DNA from: Octopus bimaculoides
Taxonomy: Eukaryota
Direction: 5' to 3'
Assembly: GCF_001194135.2 (NCBI RefSeq)
Contig: NC_068995.1
Span: 34,504,559 to 34,566,607 of the forward strand
Length of the DNA stretch: 62,049 bases
In this document: positions 12,392-25,054 of the stretch, piece by piece
Layout: every line of letters starts with the position of its first letter
Position numbering within the stretch: the first letter of the stretch is position 1
The notes under the pieces: generated by a model
What the model was told of the DNA's origin: nothing
Database searches by the model: none
What the model saw: the letters and a program-made list of their open reading frames with translations, nothing else
Position numbers and translations under genes: made by a program

Positions 12392-13377
12392 NNNNNNNNN
12401 NNNNNNNNNNNNNNNNNNNNNNNNNNNNNNNNNNNNNNNNNNNNNNNNNNNNNNNNNNNNNNNNNNNNNNNNNNNNNNNNNNNNNNNNNNNNNNNNNNNN
12501 NNNNNNNNNNNNNNNNNNNNNNNNNNNNNNNNNNNNNNNNNNNNNNNNNNNNNNNNNNNNNNNNNNNNNNNNNNNNNNNNNNNNNNNNNNNNNNNNNNNN
12601 NNNNNNNNNNNNNNNNNNNNNNNNNNNNNNNNNNNNNNNNNNNNNNNNNNNNNNNNNNNNNNNNNNNNNNNNNNNNNNNNNNNNNNNNNNNNNNNNNNNN
12701 NNNNNNNNNNNNNNNNNNNNNNNNNNNNNNNNNNNNNNNNNNNNNNNNNNNNNNNNNNNNNNNNNNNNNNNNNNNNNNNNNNNNNNNNNNNNNNNNNNNN
12801 NNNNNNNNNNNNNNNNNNNNNNNNNNNNNNNNNNNNNNNNNNNNNNNNNNNNNNNNNNNNNNNNNNNNNNNNNNNNNNNNNNNNNNNNNNNNNNNNNNNN
12901 NNNNNNNNNNNNNNNNNNNNNNNNNNNNNNNNNNNNNNNNNNNNNNNNNNNNNNNNNNNNNNNNNNNNNNNNNNNNNNNNNNNNNNNNNNNNNNNNNNNN
13001 NNNNNNNNNNNNNNNNNNNNNNNNNNNNNNNNNNNNNNNNNNNNNNNNNNNNNNNNNNNNNNNNNNNNNNNNNNNNNNNNNNNNNNNNNNNNNNNNNNNN
13101 NNNNNNNNNNNNNNNNNNNNNNNNNNNNNNNNNNNNNNNNNNNNNNNNNNNNNNNNNNNNNNNNNNNNNNNNNNNNNNNNNNNNNNNNNNNNNNNNNNNN
13201 NNNNNNNNNNNNNNNNNNNNNNNNNNNNNNNNNNNNNNNNNNNNNNNNNNNNNNNNNNNNNNNNNNNNNNNNNNNNNNNNNNNNNNNNNNNNNNNNNNNN
13301 NNNNNNNNNNNNNNNNNNNNNNNNNNNNNNNNNNNNNNNNNNNNNNNNNNNNNNNNNNNNNNNNNNNNNNNNNNNNN
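12392..13377. other. Assembly gap (largest). Other large N runs: 5861-6132, 17438-18328, 20135-21005, 27617-28230, 32909-33790, 51496-51962
   Basis: N runs, most flanked by microsatellites. Confidence 1.
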
Positions 13378-13409
<32 letters not shown>

Positions 13410-13499
13410 GAGAATGTACTAAAAAACAACAACAGACGAGGACAGGTGGTGTAAACAATAAAAGGATGTATTAGTATGACGCTCGGGAATACGGAAAGT

Positions 13500-13534
13500 C
13501 TTTAACGTTTCGAGCTACGCTCTTCAACAGAAAG
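13500..13534 (-). ncRNA. Hammerhead ribozyme motif, family 3 (core variant CUGUUGA), in a PLE-like terminus
   Basis: CUUU-CUGUUGA-a-GAGC(gua)GCUC-GAAAC-GUU-AAAG. Confidence 0.55.
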
Positions 13535-14132
13535 AATACGGGGACAAGGAGAAAAACACGGAGAAAAAAAATTGAATAGTGTTCGGTCAACGGTCAATCA
13601 TAGTGTGCGTTTGTGTGTGTGTATGTGTGTACGTGTGTCTGTATATATATGTATGCATGTGTGCACACACATATATGGATATATAGCTGTAGTTTCACAC
13701 GTGCGCACGCGTTATCTTCTGTCGTTGAAAATAAGCAGGTATGACTTTGTTTACAATATACTGGAAATTTGTTTACGTTCCATGTTATGCGTACACGTTC
13801 ACGCATGCTTAGACACATAAATATTTGCGCACGTTAACCCCCCACCCCACAGAAACATACGTACACACGTATGTATGTATGTATGTATGTATGTATGTTC
13901 TTTTCAAATAATTGAAAAAAGTGCGTACATACGTGTTTGTATACATATATATATATATAATATTTATATATNNNNNNNNNNNNNNNNNNNNNNNNNNNNN
14001 NNNNNNNNNNNNNNNNNNNNNNNNNNNNNNNNNNNNNNNNNNNNNNNNNNNNNNNNNNNNNNNNNNNNNNNNNNNNNNNNNNNNNNNNNNNNNNNNNNNN
14101 NNNNNNNNNNNNNNNNNNNNNNNNNNNNTATT

Positions 14133-14246
14133 CTTACACAGGAATGTTGTTGACAGTGACATCAAGGTTTCGGCCAGGTAAGCCATCGTCGGACTGCTTA
14201 GCAGGCCGAAACTTGAAAGCCACTGTCAGCAACCTTCTTGTGTAAG
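14133..14246 (+). ncRNA. Long imperfect hairpin; candidate pre-miRNA (about 14162-14218) overlapping an antisense hammerhead
   Basis: Stems cttacacagga/tcttgtgtaag, gttgttgacagtg/cactgtcagcaac, tcaaggtttcggcc/ggccgaaacttga and taagc/gctta, with a 12-nt loop. Basal UG at -14/-13 and CNNC at +16. Confidence 0.55.
14154..14196 (-). ncRNA. Hammerhead ribozyme motif, family 4 (core variant CCGACGA)
   Basis: CAGU-CCGACGA-u-GGCU(uaccu)GGCC-GAAAC-cuugau-GUC-ACUG. Confidence 0.55.
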
Positions 14247-14502
14247 GATAGCCTTGGCTATCTCAAGATGGTTTTTTTGTTTTTATGTATCCTTCATTCC
14301 CACTTACATTTTAAATGTTATCACAACAGTAAATATGTCCATTCTGCTGAAATGAAATTTTCAGTAAAATTTCTATATCCTTGTGCAGCTGAGGATTGCT
14401 CTGCATTTTGTATTTAATGTAATGCTCGCATTACTTATATAAATGGAGTAGCATGAAACGTGCGTACTGCAATAAACTTTAAAATCCGTGTCGCTTTTTG
14501 GG

Positions 14503-14538
<36 letters not shown>

Positions 14539-14548
14539 NNNNNNNNNN

Positions 14549-14604
<56 letters not shown>

Positions 14605-14719
14605 ATACACATGGTGATGACTTGATTTCCATTGTTCGATGTTAAGGATTCAACTTTTTTATCCACCCAATTATCTTAAGTTTGAATCAACGTATAAGTT
14701 GGAAATTATTTCACAGACA

Positions 14720-15135
14720 TTTGCTACTCAATGTGATTTTCAAGCTGACTCAGCCGAACACACTGTCTTTTGACATCGAAGTAACTTTTCAAATGCGCAC
14801 AATCCATCTGTCTACCAACTTTTACTTGCAAGAAATGGGTCAACCCGAGGCTATAGAAAATTACATTTACCTAAAATCGAACACTGAACATTGTAGTTGC
14901 GAAGCGAGCTTCTTAACGTTTTACCAATCAAAATCATTGTCTCCAGAGACTCCAACGTCATCGTTAAGTATTCACCCATGCTGCACCTAGGGACAGTTTC
15001 CTTTGCAACCATGAACCACATGGTTTTAATTTCTGTCCCACAGCCCAGACGCCTTGTGCAAGTGCCTTCTACTATAACCCCTGACCGACTATTGCCTTGT
15101 GGGTGAATTTGGGAGAGGGAAACAGTATATAAGTA
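14720..15135. mobile_element. Two decayed SINE family B copies, head-to-head (- then +)
   Basis: acccgaggctatagaaaa...gcgagcttcttaac, then aaccacatggttt...gccttgtgcaagtgccttctactataacc...gccttgtgggtgaatttgg. Confidence 0.6.
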
Positions 15136-15737
15136 TAAGGTGTGTTATGAGCATTTATAGAACACGTATCCTATATAAACTCAACAAACAATTAAAGATG
15201 GAGAAGTGATGTTAAATGTTTTTGTAAAATCTTAATGCATACGATCGTTTCGAATGGCAACACCAACATGTAAGAAGCATGGAAAAAATTAAATTAATTT
15301 TAATTATGATTAAATTAATTACATATTACCATATCTCCTCAGTGCAAAAAGAAAGTATTATGAGAATATTACATTGTTATAGAAGACTATATGGAATCAG
15401 TGTCACATAACTCATTCGGCTCTTCATAATATGATTTTGAAAGATGAAATAGAAGAACATGCTTAGATAGTGTTGAGTCTAGCTGTGTAAGAACTAAAAC
15501 TGATGTGGTTAACGAATATTTGAAATATAAATGAAACAAATGTTACTTATGAAGATAAGTAGTATAGTGAAATACATACCATATGAAGCATTTATTATAA
15601 GGAGTAAATTATATTTACTCAGACACACACACACATAATGAATCCAAACAAAGAACAAACAAGAAAAAAAAAACAATAATGAAAGGACGTGGTACAAGTA
15701 CTGTATTATCAGACGCTCAGGAAAGGAAGGAAAGAGG

Positions 15738-15772
15738 ATTTAACGTTTCGAGCCTTCCTTTTCTTCAGAAAT
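15738..15772 (-). ncRNA. Degenerate hammerhead motif, family 3
   Basis: AUUU-CUGAAGA-(disrupted helix II ...ggcuc)-GAAAC-GUU-AAAU. Flanks resemble 13470-13560 (gacgctc.ggaa...tttaacgtttcgagc). Confidence 0.45.
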
Positions 15773-16224
15773 AGAGGAAAATCCAAAGGAAGGGAATACG
15801 GAGGAAGAAAATTGTCAACAATACACATGGGGTTAAATTTTGAAATGACCTGAAAGGAATGGGTGCAGAAAAAGTTCTTCCTAAAACAAAAGAGTGCAAG
15901 AGAAGGATATATTTGTGTGTATGTATCGGTATGTGTGTACGAACAAGTGTGTGTGTGTGTGTGTGTGTGTGTGNNNNNNNNNNNNNNNNNNNNNNNNNNN
16001 NNNNNNNNNNNNNNNNNNNNNNNNNNNNNNNNNNNNNNNNNNNNNNNNNNNNNNNNNNNNNNNNNNNNNNNNNNNNNNNNNNNNNNNNNNNNNNGAGTGG
16101 ACTTTATGTGGCTTAATATCGTAGGAAGAATTTACAGTAGGAAGTTCAGGTAGGAGTGGCTGTCTTTTGTGTTTCCCTTCATATGCGCTTAGGAGAATGG
16201 TCAGTAGAAAGGTGTTTAACTGGT

Positions 16225-17225
16225 AGTTTGAAGTATGTGTGTGCGCGTGTATGCATATGTTGTCTCTGTGTGTGTTTTGTGTGCAGTGTATGTCTGTGTG
16301 CGTGTATGTGTGTATGCATGTGTGTACATGTGTGTATGTGTAGAGTTTTGTGTGGGGTTGTGTCTGTGGAGCAAATGTACGTTGTGTGCGTGTGTGTGTG
16401 TGTGTGTGCGTGTATGTATGAGCGTGTGTTGTGTGAGTGTGGGAGGTATGTTTCTGGGTTCAGTTGCGTTTGCATGTGTGTGTATGTGTGTGTGAACGAC
16501 GGGTTGTGTGTGGAGGTATATGTGTGCAGACATGTGCGAGTGTGTGTATGTATGCGTATGTGCGTTTGTATATGTGTGTGTGCGTGTGTGTGTTTATGTG
16601 TGTGTGAGCGTGGAGATGTGCATCGAGTTATGTGTGCGTGTGTGCTTTATGTCCATGTGTGTGTAATTGTAAGAGTGTGTGTTGCGTGGGTGTGATATAT
16701 GTGTGCGGACATTTGCGAGTGTGTGTATGTATGTATGTATGTATGTATGTATGTATGTATGTGTATGTGCATGTGTATATGTGTGTGTGCGTGTATGTGC
16801 TTGTGCGTGTGTATATGTGTGTGTGAGTGTGTGTGTATATGTGCGTATGTGCGTGTATGTGTATGTGTATATGTGCGTGCGTGTGTATGTGTGTGTGAGC
16901 GTGGAGATGTGCGTCAAGTTATGTGTGCGTTTTGTTGCGTGTATGCGCGCGCGTGCATGTGTGTGTATGCATATGCGGTTGTGTATATGTGTGTACGTTT
17001 CTGTGTGCGTGTGTTTGTGTATATAGGTGTGTATGTGTCTGTGTGTGCGTGGAGTTGTGTGGGTTAGGTATGTGTGCATTCTTGTGCGTGTGTATGTGTG
17101 TGTGTGTGCTTGGGTACGTGTGTGTGCGCGCGCATGCATGTGTGTGCCATGTGTGTGCGCGTGGCTGTATGTGAGTGAATGTGTGTAACGAGCATATACC
17201 TACACATACGTGTGTGTATACATAT
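16225..17225. repeat. About 1 kb of complex (GT/GTAT/GC)n low-complexity sequence with an internal duplication about 290 bp apart
   Basis: gtgtgtgagcgtggagatgtgc.tc.agttatgtgtgcgt occurs near 16605 and near 16893. Confidence 0.85.
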
Positions 17226-17348
17226 AAATAAATAAGCGTCCAATGGGACTCCGAAGGACCTGTCCCTTTTTTCTTTGTATCGTCTATCTGGATGTTTTGT
17301 TGTGTATCACCTAACTGTCTGGATGTTTTGCGTTCTTGTCCCATTTTG

Positions 17349-17395
<47 letters not shown>

Positions 17396-18508
17396 CATCT
17401 TAAATTTACGTTCATGTATTTCACCATCCCCAAGTATNNNNNNNNNNNNNNNNNNNNNNNNNNNNNNNNNNNNNNNNNNNNNNNNNNNNNNNNNNNNNNN
17501 NNNNNNNNNNNNNNNNNNNNNNNNNNNNNNNNNNNNNNNNNNNNNNNNNNNNNNNNNNNNNNNNNNNNNNNNNNNNNNNNNNNNNNNNNNNNNNNNNNNN
17601 NNNNNNNNNNNNNNNNNNNNNNNNNNNNNNNNNNNNNNNNNNNNNNNNNNNNNNNNNNNNNNNNNNNNNNNNNNNNNNNNNNNNNNNNNNNNNNNNNNNN
17701 NNNNNNNNNNNNNNNNNNNNNNNNNNNNNNNNNNNNNNNNNNNNNNNNNNNNNNNNNNNNNNNNNNNNNNNNNNNNNNNNNNNNNNNNNNNNNNNNNNNN
17801 NNNNNNNNNNNNNNNNNNNNNNNNNNNNNNNNNNNNNNNNNNNNNNNNNNNNNNNNNNNNNNNNNNNNNNNNNNNNNNNNNNNNNNNNNNNNNNNNNNNN
17901 NNNNNNNNNNNNNNNNNNNNNNNNNNNNNNNNNNNNNNNNNNNNNNNNNNNNNNNNNNNNNNNNNNNNNNNNNNNNNNNNNNNNNNNNNNNNNNNNNNNN
18001 NNNNNNNNNNNNNNNNNNNNNNNNNNNNNNNNNNNNNNNNNNNNNNNNNNNNNNNNNNNNNNNNNNNNNNNNNNNNNNNNNNNNNNNNNNNNNNNNNNNN
18101 NNNNNNNNNNNNNNNNNNNNNNNNNNNNNNNNNNNNNNNNNNNNNNNNNNNNNNNNNNNNNNNNNNNNNNNNNNNNNNNNNNNNNNNNNNNNNNNNNNNN
18201 NNNNNNNNNNNNNNNNNNNNNNNNNNNNNNNNNNNNNNNNNNNNNNNNNNNNNNNNNNNNNNNNNNNNNNNNNNNNNNNNNNNNNNNNNNNNNNNNNNNN
18301 NNNNNNNNNNNNNNNNNNNNNNNNNNNNATATATATACATATAGGCACACACATGCGCGTATTCGTAGGCACAAATATATAACTTCAAGCTTCTGTATGT
18401 GTGCACACATACAGTCAGAAGTTTCCCATTCGGGATGAGACTAGTTACTGTGAGCTGTATCTCTATAACACCAACAGAAAACTTTTACTCTGCAGATGTA
18501 TTGAGTAC

Positions 18509-18560
<52 letters not shown>

Positions 18561-18646
18561 TGATCTCGCTCTTTAAGTTTTCTACATACGTTAGCTATAC
18601 CTAACTAGGGTGTACACAAAGGGCACTCGTGTATATATACATGTTA

Positions 18647-18712
18647 CGTAGCAGACTCACAAAGTAGCAGACTCACAAAGTAGCAGACTCACAAAGTAGC
18701 AGACTCACAAAA
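18647..18712. repeat. 16-bp minisatellite x4 (gtagcagactcacaaa)
   Basis: Seen directly. Confidence 0.9.
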
Positions 18713-18714
18713 CA

Positions 18715-18814
18715 AATAAACACTGATGTTGATTTGTTGGACTAAAATCCTTCTAGGCGGTGTCACACCATGGCAGCAGTCAAGTGACTGAAACAAATAA
18801 AAGATGTACATACC

Positions 18815-18895
<81 letters not shown>

Positions 18896-19095
18896 TAAGT
18901 AGCTTGCTTACCAACCACATGGTTCCGGGTTCAGTCCCACTTGGTATAGGCGAGTAATTTCGGTGAATGGTGTAAGTCGATTACACCAACTCCAGTGCTC
19001 TACTGGTACTTATTTTATCGACCCCGACATGAAACAAAGTCGACATCGGGTGAATTTGAACTCAGAACGTAAAGGTGGATGAAATACTGCTAAAA
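18715..19095. mobile_element. SINE fragments: family B 3' end (+), family B head (+) and family A body (-)
   Basis: ggcagcagtcaagtgactgaaacaaataaaaga; ggtaagtagcttgcttaccaaccacatggttccgggttcagtccc; gtcgattacaccaactccagtg...gaatttgaactcagaacgt. Confidence 0.75.
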
Positions 19096-19509
19096 TAAGT
19101 ATCAGTTGGGTGCATGTGTGTAAAGGAAAGTGGGGAGAATAGAAAGAGAGTGCGTATGTGCACACGCGCATGGGAGAAAATGTGTGTTTGTGAATGCATG
19201 TGTGCGCGTGTGTGTGTGAGAGTGTGCGCGCGTGTGTTTGCGCAGATGCGTGCGTGTGTTTGTGTGTACGTGTACGTGTATATGTGTGTGTGCAGATGGG
19301 CTGTGGCAGTTGCGTCAAGTTCGAGTGGATGAATCGATAAGCAGGGGCTGGGAAAAAGGAATCGGGTGAGGGCTCGCATCCTCTCATACTGCGAATGATT
19401 ATGCAGAGCCTCCTCACGAAATTGATGGCCTTCAAAATTTAAAACCTATACTTAAACACTTGTTATGTCTGATTCCTGTAATAGACTTTGCTTTCCTGTG
19501 TACAGTGGG

Positions 19510-19605
19510 CACACAGATCATAAATCCTGACACACATCATAAAGCCTGACACAGATCATAAATCCTGACACACATCATAAAGCCTGACACAGATCATAAA
19601 TCCTT
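19510..19605. repeat. 19-bp minisatellite with alternating A/B units (38-bp higher-order period)
   Basis: cacagatcataaatcctga / cacacatcataaagcctga alternate A-B-A-B-A. Confidence 0.9.
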
Positions 19606-21397
19606 TATCAACCTATGCTCAGAGTAAAACCACTAGTTGTCACACACTGAACAAAGAAATATTAAAGCGCTGACGCCCTCCATAATCATCCACAGCAGGA
19701 GAGAATGCGAACCGACATCCAACTGCCTTTTTTCTGGCCCTACTAATTCGGCCGCCTAAACTCGACGCAAGTAACTGCCAAAGTACATCTGCACACACAC
19801 ACACACGTGCTCTCCCACACACTCTTTCTCATCCCTATCTCTCCTTTACACACATGCGCCCTATGATGTATTCAAGGTGAGGATTCTTATGTGGTTCATC
19901 TATCTGCTAGCAATAGTAGCTAAATCTCATGCTTCAGCGTATCCGAAGGAAAGAAAAAGCGAAAAGAAGAAAAAAAAAAAATTGTCATTGTCCGATTTTC
20001 TACTCCATCATAATCGATTTTTAGCTAAACAGCAACAACATGTATTTAAACGTGTCAATAAGCAAAATTATATTCGCTACAAGGACTAGCTGTAAGATAT
20101 GGCATCCAAATCGCCCTCAAATTTAACCTTAATTNNNNNNNNNNNNNNNNNNNNNNNNNNNNNNNNNNNNNNNNNNNNNNNNNNNNNNNNNNNNNNNNNN
20201 NNNNNNNNNNNNNNNNNNNNNNNNNNNNNNNNNNNNNNNNNNNNNNNNNNNNNNNNNNNNNNNNNNNNNNNNNNNNNNNNNNNNNNNNNNNNNNNNNNNN
20301 NNNNNNNNNNNNNNNNNNNNNNNNNNNNNNNNNNNNNNNNNNNNNNNNNNNNNNNNNNNNNNNNNNNNNNNNNNNNNNNNNNNNNNNNNNNNNNNNNNNN
20401 NNNNNNNNNNNNNNNNNNNNNNNNNNNNNNNNNNNNNNNNNNNNNNNNNNNNNNNNNNNNNNNNNNNNNNNNNNNNNNNNNNNNNNNNNNNNNNNNNNNN
20501 NNNNNNNNNNNNNNNNNNNNNNNNNNNNNNNNNNNNNNNNNNNNNNNNNNNNNNNNNNNNNNNNNNNNNNNNNNNNNNNNNNNNNNNNNNNNNNNNNNNN
20601 NNNNNNNNNNNNNNNNNNNNNNNNNNNNNNNNNNNNNNNNNNNNNNNNNNNNNNNNNNNNNNNNNNNNNNNNNNNNNNNNNNNNNNNNNNNNNNNNNNNN
20701 NNNNNNNNNNNNNNNNNNNNNNNNNNNNNNNNNNNNNNNNNNNNNNNNNNNNNNNNNNNNNNNNNNNNNNNNNNNNNNNNNNNNNNNNNNNNNNNNNNNN
20801 NNNNNNNNNNNNNNNNNNNNNNNNNNNNNNNNNNNNNNNNNNNNNNNNNNNNNNNNNNNNNNNNNNNNNNNNNNNNNNNNNNNNNNNNNNNNNNNNNNNN
20901 NNNNNNNNNNNNNNNNNNNNNNNNNNNNNNNNNNNNNNNNNNNNNNNNNNNNNNNNNNNNNNNNNNNNNNNNNNNNNNNNNNNNNNNNNNNNNNNNNNNN
21001 NNNNNCTCTGCTTTTAAATGCATAAAATTTAATACGGATAAGCACGTGCTTTTGTACACCCAACAGATGCATACATGCACGCACACACCTCACACACGCA
21101 CACACGCACGCACACACACACACCTACACACACACACCTACACACATATTCAGGCCACGGAAATATTCTTTCAAAGATCCAAGTTGCAGAAGTTGCATGA
21201 ATATTTATACTTAAATGAATATGAATCATCATTTCTGTTTGCATATTTATATTCATAGAGTTGGCCACAATGGCTAAGCCAACACGAAGAACTCAGAACA
21301 CATGACGAGAATTTTAGAGAAAGACAGATTAAGATTCATGCCCACACAGACACACACACACACACACATGTATTTATACACATATTTATACATAGGG

Positions 21398-21428
<31 letters not shown>

Positions 21429-21769
21429 AGCATATATAATTTCGCATGTATTTTTATATGAATATATGAATTTTGTATTTCTATATCTATCGGTCAGTCT
21501 CTTTCTATCAATCTATCTAGCTGCCTCTCAACCTCCCTAGCTACTGATCTATCTATCTATCTATTGGCATATACATATTCATATGCATAAATATATGCCC
21601 ATATATAGTTACACGCACGTAAACACCCATACGCGCACACAAGCCGGTTAGAGAACATAGTTATTTAAATTTAAATAATAAGGGTGAAAAATTGAATATT
21701 AATTTGATTAATATCAATCTTAAACCAGTGGCCTAACAAATTGAAAAATCTGAAGATTCAGGAAAATCA

Positions 21770-22207
21770 TATTACATGCATATAAGAGGGATGACCACTA
21801 AGTGGCATCCCGGCAAAATTCTCTGCAGAGAATTATTTTCTGTACAATTATTTCCGGTATTTGGCGCGCCAAAACGAAGACTTTTGAAATATAACCCCAA
21901 ATGTAATTGGTAGAACTATATACATGTTCAATCTCATGCGGACGTCTCGTGTATAGTTCTGCATATTATATTGCAAAGACGATCATACTGAAGAGTTGCA
22001 GACAATTACGTAAGCGGTTCACAACGAAACCGGTCTATGATTAATCTTTATATTTTGTACCTTTTCATTTGTCTTGCTCGCTTACGTTCTGTAGTTTGCT
22101 GAATTTTCTTGAGAACAATCTTTTCTTAGTGGTCAGACCGTAGGTGGTTTTTTTCTAGCAAAAGGGATGTCCACTTAGTGATCATCCCTCTTATATATAT
22201 GTAATAT
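21770..22207. mobile_element. Non-coding foldback/MITE with TIRs of at least 30 bp
   Basis: atataagagggatgaccactaagtggcatccc (about 21780-21811) vs gggatgtccacttagtgatcatccctcttatat (about 22164-22196); TA-rich ends. Confidence 0.75.
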
Positions 22208-22226
22208 ATATATATATATATATAAA

Positions 22227-22762
22227 TGTAAGATCCAGGGATCGAGGTGTAGGAAGAACGTTAATTTCGAGCAATCCGTAGTGAATATAAAAAAAAACAA
22301 CTTCCTTTTATTGAGACGGAAGGTTGTGGGTTTTTTTCCCCCGAAGAACGATGAGCTGGAAAAAATTCTTTTAATATCCCTCGGTAGGCAACCAGGATTG
22401 CCGAGTGTGTTGAAAAGAATACAAGAGTTAAGGAATGGTGTATGATGAAATGCGGGCTACACATGTTTCTTAGCGAATAGAACCTCAGAAGTGAGGTGTA
22501 TATCGCCGGCTACTCTTGAGGCCAGGGATATCTTGATTAGATGAAAGGCTGCATTGTCGGAAGGAGGTACATGTTAACGCAAAGGTTCGATCAGAATGTG
22601 TGGCGGGCACAGTATGTGAGGGGTGTATAAATGAGGGGAGAAATAAGTAATAGAAGGGAAGTGATAGATAAATAAATAAAGTAAAATATAGGTGAGTGAT
22701 AGAAAGGAAGAAGTGGACGGGTCGGTGGTAGATAATACAGAATATATAAACCATTTACTACA
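22227..22762 (-). mobile_element. Possible solo LTR
   Basis: TGTA...TACA termini and an internal AATAAA on the minus strand, but no TSD found. Confidence 0.25.
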
Positions 22763-23235
22763 TGTATGTGTGTGTATAAATGGGTGTCAGTATGTGTAGC
22801 ATAAATATGTTTATATACCTTTAAGTAATTTTGATAGCGTATATTTGTGTCTTTTTTAACTACAAATACGTAAGCATACACAAGCACACATACACACAAA
22901 CACGCACAAACACACGCACACACACATACACACATGCATACACACACTCACACAAACACACACACACATGTGCACACGCGCCCGCGCGCACACACACGTA
23001 CACACATTGCATTAATTAGGTAGATAATACGCATAAGTTTCGATGTGTGTAACTTAAAATGTTTTATTTAACGCTTTGTTTAATACTGATACAGGGTTTT
23101 AATGAATTACAGAACAGCCCACAGTTTGTGAGAAGGTATTAATGCAAACATATATTAAACAATGTACACATACACGCACACACACATATGGATGTGTGTG
23201 TGTATGTGTATATATATATATGTATATGTATACGC

Positions 23236-23272
<37 letters not shown>

Positions 23273-25054
23273 TATATACAGCCGAGGGATTATCCATCGG
23301 CTATTTAATGCTATTTTTGGCCTGCTGTCGCCTGTGTCATTGGTTCTGTTATTATCATTCTTAAAATAGTTACATTGGATAATAATAGAATTAATGACAC
23401 CTTCGTAAATTAATTTTAATATATATATATAAAATTGCAGCGTGGAAGGTGTTTATAAGCCATTTAAGAAATACACAAAAACCGTTAGATTCACTTCAAC
23501 ATTTAAATTTAATTTGCCAAAATATTTTCGTCGCTTTGAGACCGCGACCTGTTCCCTGACAAAATTCTGTGATGTAACACGGAATTTTCTCAGTGAACAG
23601 GTGTTCGTGTGCGTATATGTGTCTGTGTGTTTTTGGAATATATTGTGAAAACATTTTTCTTTTTTTGCTTTTTCTATTGAGAGAATATAGTTTAGTGGTT
23701 AAGTGTTTTTTATAAGGATGGTCATTCAAAGACATTAGGAGGAAATATTTTCCAATTTGCTTTGTTGTGTGTATTTGTCTGTGTGAGTGTATGTGTGTGT
23801 CTATGTATGTGTGTTGTAAGGTATGACGAGCTGTGTGTGTACGTTTTGGGATATTTTGTCAAAGAATTTTTTATTTCTTTTTTTTCCTATTGAGAGAATA
23901 TGGTCAGTAGTTCTGGCCAACTGTGTAGTGTGTGTGTGTGTGTGTGTGTACGTGTGTGTTTGCGTGTGTCTATGTTTGTCTGTATGTGTGTGTGTGTTTG
24001 AGTGTGTGTACATGTGTGTATGTTGTTTTGTCTGTGTGTGTATATTTTTCGTGGTGTATTTGTGTGCGTATGTATGTGTGTTTTTTGTTGTTTGGTGGTG
24101 TAAATTGCGTGCATATGTGCGTTTTTTTTGTTTTTTGGAAACATGTTCTGGAATTTGTGGTGTGTGGGTCTATGTTGTGTGTTTTTTGTTTTATGGAGAT
24201 GTTTTGTGTGTGTATGAGTGAGTGTGTTTATGTGTGTGTTAGTGTGCGCGTATTTATGCGTGTACACTGTTTAATATATAGGGATCTAGTTAAACTGATT
24301 CACAAAAATATACATCTTTTAAAAGGAAGTAAAAGACTTGAAAATCGGCTATACTAATGTAGTTTTCCAGTCTTATTGCTTTAAAGGTATGATGTTGTGG
24401 AGAAAAAAATTGGAGGAAAAAGTTACAGAGGTTTAAAAATCGAAAAAAAATGGGGACTTTTAGCCATTAGCGAGACAGAAATTTTCTGCCCTTAGCGGAG
24501 CGGTGTCAACTTTAAGGTTGCACCCTGTGAAATTTATAGTTTAGCGTCTGTGAAATGACCTGCTCATTGTAGACTTCTTAATAAACAGAAATACTTAATT
24601 TTATTGTTGGTTTCTAAATAAACAGAAATACCTAATAAAATCAACATATACCATCTTATTGTTTCTTTCGTCTCTTCATTGATTGTATGTTTTTATTATC
24701 TTTTAAAAAGTTGTATTATTAATATATTTGTCTGTATGTGTTTATTTTATGCGTATTTCAGTATTAGGTATACCTGCCATGTATTTGTGTACATCATTAA
24801 TATATAAGTGCACATATGTGTGTGTGTGTATGTGTGTGAAAAGGGGGCGTCTGTCTTCAAAACTCCAAAGTTGAGTACCGTTTTCATGTTTGGGTCTGTA
24901 AACTACTATAAGAATAACACTGGTCAATGTAGAGTTTGTCCCAAGAAAAAGTATACTTCTATCTTATATGTTTTTGCATGCAGAATTCAAAAATAATGTC
25001 AAATTATCTGTATCACTCACAGTTTCTCTGTTCCACGATATCCCTCTCAGTTCC

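Noticed and set aside
15420-15455. LHNMILKDE, resembling a PIF/Harbinger transposase motif
   Set aside because: Only nine residues, with no other motifs or TIRs found
18647-19605. Short direct-repeat arrays as CRISPR-like
   Set aside because: Head-to-tail minisatellites with no unique spacers, in a eukaryotic context
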